Below are positions 52,791-64,000 of a DNA stretch of 64,000 bases, one piece after another; position 1 is the first letter of the stretch, and each line of letters starts with the position of its first letter. The stretch is from positions 69,192,001 to 69,256,000 of the forward strand of contig OX597817.1 of assembly GCA_951406725.2 (NCBI GenBank). Reading direction: 5' to 3'. The position numbers and the translations under genes are program-made. Under the pieces are notes generated by a model. The model was not told where the DNA came from, did not search any database, and saw nothing but the letters and a program-made list of their open reading frames with translations. Source of the stretch: Octopus vulgaris (Eukaryota).

Positions 52791-54659
52791 GTGGTTATGA
52801 TATTTTCTTCACATATATGAGTTTCTAAGGTTGAATCTCACTGCACAGCATTGGTGCCTTTACCATAACCCTTTACCATAACCAAGGCCTTTAAGAAAAT
52901 TTGAGTCAATAGAAACTTACTTTTTAAAGTCTAGCACTTAATTTATCACTCTCTTTGTTGAACTGCTAAGTTACTGTTAAGTTACTGGGACATAAACAAA
53001 TTTATACTCCTACCAGGCAGTGGTAGAGATCAAACACATAGACACGCACACATATATACACACACTAAGGCTTCCATGGTGTCTACCTACCAAATTCACT
53101 AATAAGGCATTGGTTGGCCTGGAGCCATGACACTGTAATAGAAGACACTTGTTCAAGGTGCTATGCACTGGAACTGAACCTGAAACCATATAGTTACAAA
53201 GCAAGATTCTTAATCACATAGCCATGCCTATACATAAAAAGATGGAAGAGATGCGCCCCTGTAATGATGAATTGGTGGTAAGAAACAGACTCCAGCTATA
53301 AAGGTAATATTTAATTAAACCTTGATATTTTAATTATGTGAGAATCAATTCCCTCCCACCTTGTACGTTTCTCTCTTTCTCTTATTTCATTTCTCTCTCC
53401 ACTCACCCACTCTCTTGGAATCTCATTCATATCATTTATCTCTCTCTCTCTCTTTCTTTCTCTCTCTCACTAGCTCTTCTACTTTTCACTGACAAGTTTA
53501 TGTGACCTTAAACACCCATGCTACCCTAAAATAGCCATAATGAAAAGCTTTCTACAGTAAATCAGTAGTTTTTATTAGGATATTCCAAACTATAACACCA
53601 GCTACCTCAATGATGCCGATTATGATGGTAATGATAATAATAATGATGGTGGTGGTGGTGGTGGTGGTGGTGATAATGATGAATTGGAGATGATGATACC
53701 CACATCGATGATGAAACAATGTTGGCTGATAACAATAATTATACCATATATCACTTAAAATTATTTATATCTATATTCAGTAGGGAAGTTGTTGAATTCT
53801 TGCAGTTGGTGAGGAGGGACAAGAGTGGGTAAGGAGGGTTAATGGAGAAAGAAGAAAGTAAAAATTTTCATTGTTATTATCTTTTTGTTATTTTTTAAAA
53901 TATTTTTTTTTCTAATTTTTATTTTCTTTTTATGTATTTTAAAAGTATGTGTCGAAATGGTGGAGGAACGCAGAGTAGACAGAAGAACATAACAAAAAGT
54001 AAAACATAAGATATTGAAATAAAAAAAGAAGAAAGACAGAAAAGAAGAAATCTGTAAATAGCCATAAAATAAAGTTACCATTATGAAGTAAAAATAGCTG
54101 AGATCGAACGAACAGAAATGGTATATATATTATTTGGAATTCTTTAATTCTCTTCTTTTAATGTTCCACCAATAAAATCACTTTCATTTTCCCAATCTTC
54201 TCTTCTCTCCTTGAAATGGTATAAAAATCTACATGACTTTGTTCCATGCTCCCCAGTAACACCCATGAAGGGTATTCAAATACTCCTGCCTTAGGTGCCA
54301 AACTTATCCCTGCAACCCAAAACCCCAGTTTGACATTATCAACTACTTCAAATGTATGTTACCAAACTTCATCTATTACAATACATACAAACTAACAAAA
54401 AAGTTCTGCATAGCTGCTTGATAGTTAGAAATAGCAGCCATGTTTTCCTCAAATTACATTATATTGTCACAGACAAAAATAGCAATATTGTCACATAAAG
54501 AGTAAAGACCCACTTCAATCATGAATGACCATGAGATTGCACCTAGAATGTTCCCCTCCAAGGTACAAGTCTGGCAAGATTATTTATGGAAGATCAGCAG
54601 TCACAAATGCACATCAACCACTGCTCTCAAGATCAAATACAACAGTAGGTTCCATTTAT

Positions 54660-55095
54660 GTGTATTCTCACTTATGGTCATGGATGCTGGGTAATGACTG
54701 AAAAATTACACTAGTGAATACAAGTGGCTGAAATGGGGTTTCTCCAAAGGGTCACTGAAATAACATTACTGAACAGAATTTATAGTATGGAAATCAAGGA
54801 GCCTCTCCAGGTCAAGCCATTGCTTCTCAACATTGTGATATCACAGCTTTGGTACTACAAATATGTGGTTATAATGCTATAGGAAAGGGTTACAAGGTAG
54901 ATTCTTCAAGCCAAGCCAACTGGCAGGAGACCTGGTTGGATAATATCCATAGTCTCAGTTGGTCATGCTTGGGAATCAAGCTGGAAATTCTAAAGGTGGT
55001 TGATTCTGATAGGACCCTATGGAAGAGGAGGTGCCTCAGGACTCTACCCCAATGACCCTCCCAGGAATAGTGGGCAGCAGAGATGGATAGATGAT
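54660..55095 (+). mobile_element. Old RTE LINE fragment of a second family
   Basis: ILTYGHGCWVMTEKLH**IQVAEMGFLQRV matches the RTE LTYG.E.W..T...IQAAEM.FLRR motif. Confidence 0.75.
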
Positions 55096-55355
55096 CCCAT
55101 TCAGAGACCAAATGTGAAATACATCCTATTCCAATGGGTAACAGGTTCAGGCCAGATGTAAAATGTAGGTCCCATTTCAACTAATACTAGGCCTAGATTA
55201 GGTGTGAAATATAGGCTCCATTTTGACAGACAATAGGAACAGACCAGATGTTGAACTGATAACAGACCCAAGCAAGAAGCAAGATGTAAGCATTATTGCA
55301 ACTGGTTACACAGCCAGCCCATATGTAAAATGCAGCTCTCATTTCATATTGCCCA

Positions 55356-55725
55356 TTATTACCTCCACCTTAGCAAAGGTGGAGGTATTATTTCAGCCGT
55401 GTTTGTTTGTTTGTCCATGGACAAGGTATCTCAAGAACTGCTGGATGGATTCAGATGAAGCTTTCAGGGATGTTTGGCCTCGTGACTGGCAGAAACTGAT
55501 TAGCTTTTGGGATCGATCCAGTACTGAACAACAATTCTGGATTATTTTTCCTCTTCTTTTTTTTTACTTAATTTTTGAGCACAGTTGGGTTCATTTTTAA
55601 TATTCTCGTTTTTGAGAGCAGTCAAGTTTATTTCAGATATTCTCATTTTAAAAATCATTTCTGGCTAATCATTGAGATGTTTGTGTTGCCTTGGTGGAGG
55701 TTTGTGCTCTCTGAGTGCACTTGTT
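55356..55725 (+). mobile_element. Non-autonomous Helentron (HINE/DINE-like) element
   Basis: 5' TTATTACCTCCACCTT..AAGGTGGAGGT stem, (GTTT)n tract, 3' CCTTGGTGGAGGT subTIR and terminal hairpin GTGCTCTCTGAGTGCAC. Confidence 0.75.
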
Positions 55726-57084
55726 ACCTTTGTAATCAGTGCTAAATACATACGATTTATGTACAGAGCTATGAGCAATACGCATGCACATCTACACATG
55801 CTTACAAGAACCAGAACAAAATAAAAATACTAGAATAGTTTATTAAAAAACATAATTCTATACTAGAATCCTCCCCACCACACACAGACTGTTTGAGATT
55901 CAGAGGTTTTAGGCTATATCCATTAAGAAAGAGCACACATGTAGATAATTGAATTGAATTAAATTAGTAAATAAGCAGATAATAGGAATAGAGGTTATTG
56001 TTTGGAGGCTCAGCTGTCTTGCCATCTGCAAAACATGTTACCTTTTTGTCTAAACACAAATTCATTCATGTACATACAAACACATTTAGACACTCATACA
56101 ATACACCTACACATACAAATGCTCTTATGCACATTAACGTCTACTAACAGAAGGTGAAGGAAAGAGGAGAGTGAAACAAAAGAGAAAGTGAAAGTAAAGT
56201 AGGGGAAGAAGTTTTAATAGTTGGTATATTTGATCTGGTACTCAGCATGGGTGGATGATCTTAATTAGAGAAAATGTTTAAGAAAATATGGCGTCACATA
56301 AAAAGCACTTGTGCCAGTGCCATGTAAATACCACCTGTGAAGGTGCCACAAGAAATGTACCCAAGTCAGTGTCACATAAAATGCACCCAGTACATTCTGT
56401 AAAGTGGTTGGCATCAGTAAGAGCATCCAGCTGTAGAAACCATGCCAAAAACAGACAATTGGAGCCTAGTGTAGCTTTCCAACTTACCAGCTCCTGTCAA
56501 AGCATCTAACCCATGCCAGCATGGATAAAAGAACATTGAAAATGATGATGGTGGTGATGGTGGTGGTGATGATGAGGAGGAGGAGGAGGAGGATAATGAT
56601 TGTGTTTTTAAACTGAGAATGGTGTTTCTGTTCTGAGTCCTAAATATATTACTTGAATAATTAAGAGAAAGAGAGGGAAGGAGAGAGAGAGAGGGGGAGA
56701 GAGAGGAGAATGGGGGGGGGAGAATACAGGGGGAGATAGGCAGACATACAATGTGATTTAAAATTTATATTACATGACAAATAACTAGTCTTAGAACTCC
56801 ATGTGTATTCCCACATGCCATGAGGAAGTTTTATGCTCCATGTATAACTTTGGTTGGAAACCACAGCTGACATTTCACAGAATAAATGTAGTAAACAAAA
56901 CAGAACTGGAGAGGAGAGTTTGTTTTATTCAGTTACAGCATCTCATGTGCATTTAATTAACAAGGAATTATTATCATTTACATAATGTAAATTATATAAT
57001 CAAACTGCATTGTCAAGTCTTCAGAGAGGCATAAATTCTCCATCATAATTTTACTGGCATGTGTGTGTTTATTGCAGGCACAGC

Positions 57085-57134
<50 letters not shown>

Positions 57135-57289
57135 TCATCATCATCATTTAAATAGATGTTAAATGATGATGATGAGGATATTCATATGTGTGTGTGTATA
57201 TATATATATGTACATATGTATGTGTGTGCATGTGTATACATGTGTGTGTGAGTGTGTGTGTGTGTGAGTGTGTGTGTGTGTGTGTGTCT

Positions 57290-57857
57290 TTTACCTTTTT
57301 ATTTGTGTCAGTCATTAAATTGTGATCATGCTGGGGCATGGCCTTGAAGGATTTTTCAGTCAAATGAATTGACCCCAGCACCTTTTCTTTTAAAACCTGG
57401 TACTTATTTTAATCGGCTTTCTTTGCCAAACCACTAAGTTACAGGGATATAAACACACCAACATTGTTTGTCAAGTGGAAGTGGAGGACAAACACAGAGA
57501 CAAAGATACACACACACATAAATGTATTTATATATACGATGAGCTTCTTTCAGTTTCCATCTATCAAGTTTACTCATAAGACTTTGCTTAGCCTAAGGTT
57601 ATAGTAGAAGACACTTGCCCAAGATGTCATGCAATGGGACTGAACCCAGAACCACGTGGTTGGGAACTCTTTTTCTCTCTCTCTTTTGACTGCTGCCATG
57701 CTGGAGCACTGCCTTTAGTCGAGCAAATCGACCCCGGGACTTATTCTTTGTAAGCCAGTACTTATTCTATTGGTCTCTTTTGCCAAACCGCTAAGCAATG
57801 CTAGGGGGACAAACACAGACACACAAACACATACACACACATACATACATACATATA

Positions 57858-57923
<66 letters not shown>

Positions 57924-58092
57924 TACATATACGACAGGCTTCTTTCAGTTTCCGTCTACCAAATCCAGTCACAAGGCATTGGTCAGACCGGGGCTATAGC
58001 AGAAGACACTTGCCCAAGATGCCATGCAGTGGGACTGAACCTGGAACCATGTGGTTGGTAAGCAAGCTACTTACCACACAGCTATGCCTGCA
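57290..58092 (-). mobile_element. Two tandem SINE family A copies
   Basis: The family A body occurs twice. Confidence 0.85.
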
Positions 58093-58097
58093 CTTAC

Positions 58098-58138
<41 letters not shown>

Positions 58139-58257
58139 TCTCAAATTGGTGACAAATGGCAAATTCAAGAACAAATGCAAAAACACATGTCAAATAGATG
58201 CACACGTATTAGTATGATGCTCAGAGAAAGATTTAGATGGAGAGTTAAAAGTAAAAA

Positions 58258-58290
58258 TATGACGTTTCAAGCATGGCTCTTAGTCAGATA
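58258..58290 (-). ncRNA. Degenerate minimal hammerhead motif
   Basis: Minus strand reads TAT-CTGACTA-AGAGCCATGCTT-GAAACGTC-ATA. Confidence 0.55.
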
Positions 58291-59107
58291 ATGGAAGAAA
58301 GGCCAGAGAAGAGGAAAAGGATGAAATAATGGGTAGTCAGGAGACAAATCACATTATAGTTTTACTTTATATTTACCACTCAAAACTTCCACAGTGCATC
58401 AAAGTAATATACTCCCTGTGCACAATCATTTGACTTTTGTTGGTTTTGTTTTGTTCTTGAACTTATCATTCATTACCATTTGCCTGTTATCGCATGCTCA
58501 CATGATATTTGGAGTACTTAATTCATGAATCACCTTTACATCTGGATTATATTTCACCTTTGAATTCCTTTGGAGTATTTTAATTCTGCATCTTTGACTG
58601 TAGATCATGGTGGAGGGGAGGAAGAGAGAAAGAGACTATACCATAACTCTTAATCCTTTCTAAGGTGGTAAACCAGCAGGGTTGTTAGAATGTTGGATAG
58701 AATACATCATGGTATAAGCTGTGATTTTCTGCACTCAAATCTGCAAAGATCAACTTTGCCTTTCATACTTCCAGAGTTGGTAAAAAAAAGTACCAACCTA
58801 AAATAGTAAATTTGCAGAAATGTTGCAAGATCAGGTGATGTTGTTTACAGTATCAGTTTTAGCTCTTTATTTTTTTTATCTCAACAGTAATACTTGCAAT
58901 GACACTGGTACCAAACTGTATCAGTCCAAATCAGTGACCGGGATAAACATCAGTCACATGGAGAGGAGAGATTAGTATGCATGAGCAACTGTTACTCCCC
59001 AGGAGAAATCTTTCCCAGACTTATGTGTACATGTGTGGCTAATGTTGAACTGATGATTACCCTACATACATCTTAATCTTTTTAATTTCTTTAATTTTTC
59101 TCCATTT

Positions 59108-59144
<37 letters not shown>

Positions 59145-59959
59145 CATGTACATGCGTGCGCCTGCATGTGTGAGTACTTGGTGAGTGTGTGTACAGAGAT
59201 CATTGCACTGTCGAACATGCTTCACTCTTTTTTCACTTCATCAATCTTGTTTGTGGTATTCTATCATCATCCATATGGAATTCCTTAGATGTCCATATTT
59301 TTCCAACTGCAGTCTTAAACTTGCAACTGTTTGAGAAGAACATTAGCCAGGTTGATCTCACAAGTCTCTAAGGGCCTGCAAAAAATTGGTTAAAACCACA
59401 GTCCCTTTCTCCAGTCAGACAATACCATCAAAGCCTCTCTCTCTCTCTCTTTCTCCTTTTATCTTACACTCATTTACATTCTTTATGCATACTTCCCTTC
59501 ATTGATAATCTAAAGCAAGGTGTTATCCAAAACATTACAATTCATTGTTCCTCATGACACCAAGACTTATTCAATTTTCGAAAATGCCATTAACAGATTT
59601 TTGTCAATGCAAACTATCGCTAGATTCTTCAGTCTCTAGTTTCTTTTTGTTCTTTATTAATGTAAGAACAAGAAAAAAAATAATAAAATACAAAAATAAA
59701 AATTTTTTAAATTATGCTATTTACATCAAAAGCATAAAATTACCATTGAAATCAAAACCAAATTCCTGCAACTTTATTGATTCGATTAATTGCTGAGGAA
59801 TCTCATTTGTGTGGTAAAGTGCTGGCATCTATTAATTTGACCAAAACAGAAACAGATGTTAAATAAGTCTTCTATAAATATAATGAGGAATACATGTCAG
59901 CCAAAGGCTATCTTATTCTATAATGATAACCGTAGTGTGATATATACCATTTCGTGGCT

Positions 59960-60910
59960 GGAAGCTCTATGGGAAAAGAATTAAAATGCTGAATGTCTGA
60001 GAAGAGAACGAAGGAACAAATCAAGATTTACTTGTTGCAATTAATGAAGAGTTGTTATTGCATCAGTGACCAGCAGGAAAATAATCTTATTAACCCTTAC
60101 TTTGAAAATAATTTCCCTCCTGTCTGTGGCTATGTCTGTGGCTAGTCTAAGGATATGATGTCTGATGATCAGAGATCAACCTGATCAAATTGTAGACTAG
60201 ATGTAAATTATTAGAATAGAAATTTCATCTTTAAACACGAGGCTAATAGTCTAAAGGAAATATAATCTTATTAAGAACACATCTCAGACATTTAGATATT
60301 TCATTATTACATGAGTTCATAGCATCTGCTATCAAATTAAAATAGAATAATATTAAGAAGAGTCAATAAAGAGAGAATTTACAGAGAAAAGAGAGGGAAA
60401 ATATATACCAGTTTCTCAATGGTCTAAGACACAAAAAGAGAATAAAAATATAATTTTAAAAATATATGAATCCTGGAAGAAGGAAAATAGAAATCCTTCT
60501 GATAGATGCCCAAAATCAAGAACTGAATACAAATACTTTCAAGAAATGAATCTACCATCAAGAATAATTTGACCTAGTTTGACTTTGTAGAAAAACAACA
60601 GAGAATTTGGGTAACTCAGTTAGTGGTTACAAAATGCCAGCCTTGAAAGATTAACAGGAAAAAAAAAAATACTATCACTATGTGTGCTCCAGTTCTTCTG
60701 CTGAAATCAATGTTGAAAGTATGGATTTCAAGACTCTCCAAAGTAATAGCAATATATAATTGAAAAGTTTCAGGAAAACAATCAAAGAAAATTAATAAAA
60801 ATAATAATAAAAAAATAATCACAGGAAATTCAATATTCAGAAAGATCAGCTTTAAGAATAAAAGATGGCCTGATATTGTGTTTGTCGACAAAGAATTAAA
60901 TATGTTCCAA
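59960..60910 (+). mobile_element. Ancient R4/Dong-like ORF remnant
   Basis: Ordered fragments IDAQNQELNTN, LVSGYKM and FNIQKDQ..RWPDIVFVDKE resemble the AAQ.Q.L.T, zinc-knuckle and RLE 'RRPDIV..DK' motifs. Confidence 0.6.
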
Positions 60911-61195
60911 TCAATAGTGTTTTACATAGTGACCATATTAGACATAAGGAATTCAAAAGCAATCAAAAAGACAGAATAAAGTAAGTGGTATAGGCATGGC
61001 TGTGTGGTTAACAAGTTCGGATTGAAACCAGATGGTTCATGTTTCATTCCACTGCACAACACTTTGGACAACTGTGTTACTTGTCTTCTATCATAGCTCA
61101 GACAGACCAGATACGAGTAGAGAAATTGGTAGTTTGTAACAAGATTGGAGTAAATATACATATATAGTCAAACCGATGGATATATATATATATAT

Positions 61196-61381
61196 ACAGA
61201 ATCTGCCAAAAAATTCTGTGTACATATGTAACTTGTAAGTACTACTATAAATATAAATATGTCTTTCGATGTTTTCTCAAGTTGTGATAAGACTGAATAA
61301 ATTTCAATAACACTGAATTAAAATATTTATACAGATTTTGTTTTCCTGAAATATGTGTATATTTGTTTTGGAGGACTCTGC
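61196..61381. mobile_element. Degenerate Tc1-like MITE
   Basis: Ends CAGAATCTGCCAAAA and TTTTGGAGGACTCTG within TA-rich flanks. Confidence 0.4.
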
Positions 61382-61402
61382 ACATATGTGTATGTGTGTA
61401 TG

Positions 61403-61433
<31 letters not shown>

Positions 61434-61435
61434 CT

Positions 61436-61758
61436 CGAATGGCTTCTGTGCCAGTGGCACATAAAAAGCACCATCTGAACGTGGCCGATGCCAGCACCGC
61501 CTCGATTGGCTTCTGTGCCGGTGGCACATAAAAAGCACCAACCGATCGTGGCCGATGCCAGACCTGTCTCGCACGTAAGAAGCACCCACTACACTCACAG
61601 AGTGGTTGGCGTTAGGAAGGGCATCCAGCTGTAGAAACACTACCAGATCAGACTGGAGCCTGGAGCAGCCCCTGGCTCCCCAGACCCCGGTCGAACCATC
61701 CAACCCGTGCTAGCGCGGAAAACGGATGTTAAACGATGATGATGATGATGATGATGAT
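61436..61758 (+). mobile_element. RTE 3' UTR fragment
   Basis: Tandem units plus (GAT)n tail. Confidence 0.85.
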
Positions 61759-63231
61759 ACATATACATATATATAACACAAGTACATATATGTGATCATC
61801 ATCACCATTTAACCTCCATGGGCTGGAGCTGACTAGCAGGGAGCTGTCCAGAACCCAACTGTCTGTTGTGGCATGCTTTCCACAGCTGGATGCCCTTCCA
61901 AATGCTAACCACTTAGTAGAGTGTGATGGGTTGATGGGTGCTTTTTACATGCCACACACTGTACAGTGTATTCCAAGATATACGAATGTCACAAAATCAT
62001 CATAGCCAGAAAGGAATCTTATTAGAGGTCAGCACGGCATGATGAAAACTAACATTGTTCTAGACAACAACACAACATCAACAAGCAATGAGGCTGAAAA
62101 CATACTGTAGTACCATTAACCTAAACCTGACTATCAGTCCTAAATATATCAATCTGTTATTAACTTAAACTAGGTGAACCAACTTGTTGATCATAGAATG
62201 ATGATAAATGTATATTTTGTATATAATATATTATGAGAAACACATGAAGATTATTTGATTTCTTTTATTGCTTTTGTAATTACATGAATCAAATTAAGTT
62301 TGAATATTAAATAATAAATTACTAACAATCTTTGTAATCATAAACCTGATTACACAGAAATTACTAGAGATGCACAATGTCAAATTTTACATAGATTTCA
62401 ATAAAATAATTACCGCTTTCTAGAAATACATTTACTCTAATTAATCTGAAAATTCAATTTGTATGTGTGTACACACACACACACATGCACACACACACAC
62501 ACACATGCAAGCACATACACACACACAGGCAAGCACACATGCACATATATATTTGCAGGTGGAAGAGTGACAAAAGCATTGGCATGTCAACAGAAAATAT
62601 TGTACTGTTTATGTTCCAGCTCTCTACATCCCGAGTTCAAATTCCACCTGCTGGGAGAGAAAAATGAGAAACCACTCCATTATTCAACCCAAGCCTAATC
62701 ATGGTAACCAAAATTCCTGCCATCTACTTACTAGCCATGTGTTGAGAGATATTGTTTAGGATTTGAATAATTCACCTTTGGAAACATGGATGTTTTGTTC
62801 ATCACCCTTAAACAACCCTTATTCATGGACCTTTTGAGTGAGATGGACTATTCAACCTGAATAAAATTCGAACTGGGCCCCATCTACAGGGTCATGCACA
62901 GCTTATTTTTGGTATGAGATCACCATGTTGAGCGCATATGGCTGTGATGCAATTACCTGGTGTACCCATCTCAGACACGTAGTTATGATGAGTATATTAG
63001 GTTTCGTATATTTGTACCCCAGCATCACTTAGATAGCATGTACTGCTCTCTCACTCAGTAATAATATTAATAATAATAATGATGATGATGATGATAATGA
63101 TGTTTTTTTTTATTCTGCAAAGCGATTGTGAAAGAGAAAATAAATATTTGATTGTTCTGTAAATTTGTCCAATATAAAAATATTTAATCCAATATCATAC
63201 GAAATCATAACTGAAACTGTACCCTGTAATT

Positions 63232-63416
63232 TTAACCAACAAAACATCACACATCTATAATAATTCAACATTCACATCGCTTCAAGATCAGCTATCAAAT
63301 CTATCAAATTCTCCTTTACCTCAATCTTAACTAACAAAACATCACTCATCTACAATAATTCAAAATGCATGTCACTTCAAGGTCCAGTAATAGATGCTAT
63401 CAAATTTTCCTTTCCA
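63232..63416. repeat. Diverged tandem duplication, ~95-bp unit x2
   Basis: TTAAC.AACAAAACATCAC.CATCTA.AATAATTCAA..CTATCAAATT.TCCTTT occurs twice. Confidence 0.8.
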
Positions 63417-63771
63417 TTGTTTATAAAATGTGTTAGTGTTTATATACACATACATACATACTTCATTTTTTTATCTGGTTTGCAAAATTCTTTATGTTAA
63501 TTCATGTGTTGAAGTAGATTTTGTTGTGTCTGGGGAGAGTCATACTGCCTTAATGCCTTAATATGTAACACATTCACTGGTTCAATCTCGACTCATTCAT
63601 TATTTATATTTTTTCTTCCAAAATTTTATATATATAAATTTATATATATGTGTGTGTGTTAGTGTGTGTGTGTGTGTATCTGTGTGTGTCGCACATGCAC
63701 ACACACATGCTCACACACACATGCTCACACACACATGCTCACACACACATGTACAGATGTATGCATATATA

Positions 63772-63949
63772 TTTTATCTTTTACTTGTTTCAGTTATTAG
63801 GCTGTGGCCATGCTGGGGCACAACCTTGAGGAATTTTAGCAGAATCAACCCCAGTGCTTATTTTTTGAAAGCCTGGCATTCGCTCTATTGCCACACCAAT
63901 AGGCCATAGGAATGCAACACACCAGTTATCGGTTAACGGAAGGGGACAA

Positions 63950-64000
<51 letters not shown>
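63772..64000 (-). mobile_element. SINE family A 3' half (runs off the window)
   Basis: Tail TTTTACTTGTTTCAG..GGCCATGCTGGGGCAC. Confidence 0.75.

Overview
This is an AT-rich, microsatellite-dense animal genomic window. The SINE/RTE repertoire strongly suggests an octopus or other cephalopod (inference). No intact host protein-coding gene can be supported, and nearly all listed ORFs are translations of (TA)n/(CA)n/(ATT)n tracts or SINEs. The window is a layered collection of old transposons: a young 5'-truncated CR1-type LINE (RT ORF 5559-6965) inserted with a TSD into the inverted repeat of a fold-back mariner derivative, other deleted mariners, RTE and R4/Dong LINE remnants, a Penelope-like GIY-YIG remnant, Helentron/Helitron-like and piggyBac-like non-autonomous elements, several tRNA-derived SINE families and a 5S rRNA pseudogene. 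Three things stand out. First, several degenerate minimal hammerhead-ribozyme motifs occur, some inside long fold-back palindromes, including a perfect 146-bp spacer-less palindrome at 39235-39380. Second, there is evidence of local templated sequence capture between neighbouring elements. Third, TAA-targeting R4/Dong inserts sit in (TAA)n tracts, one of them in a SINE tail. Repeat boundaries were estimated by eye and are approximate unless a TSD or TIR is quoted.
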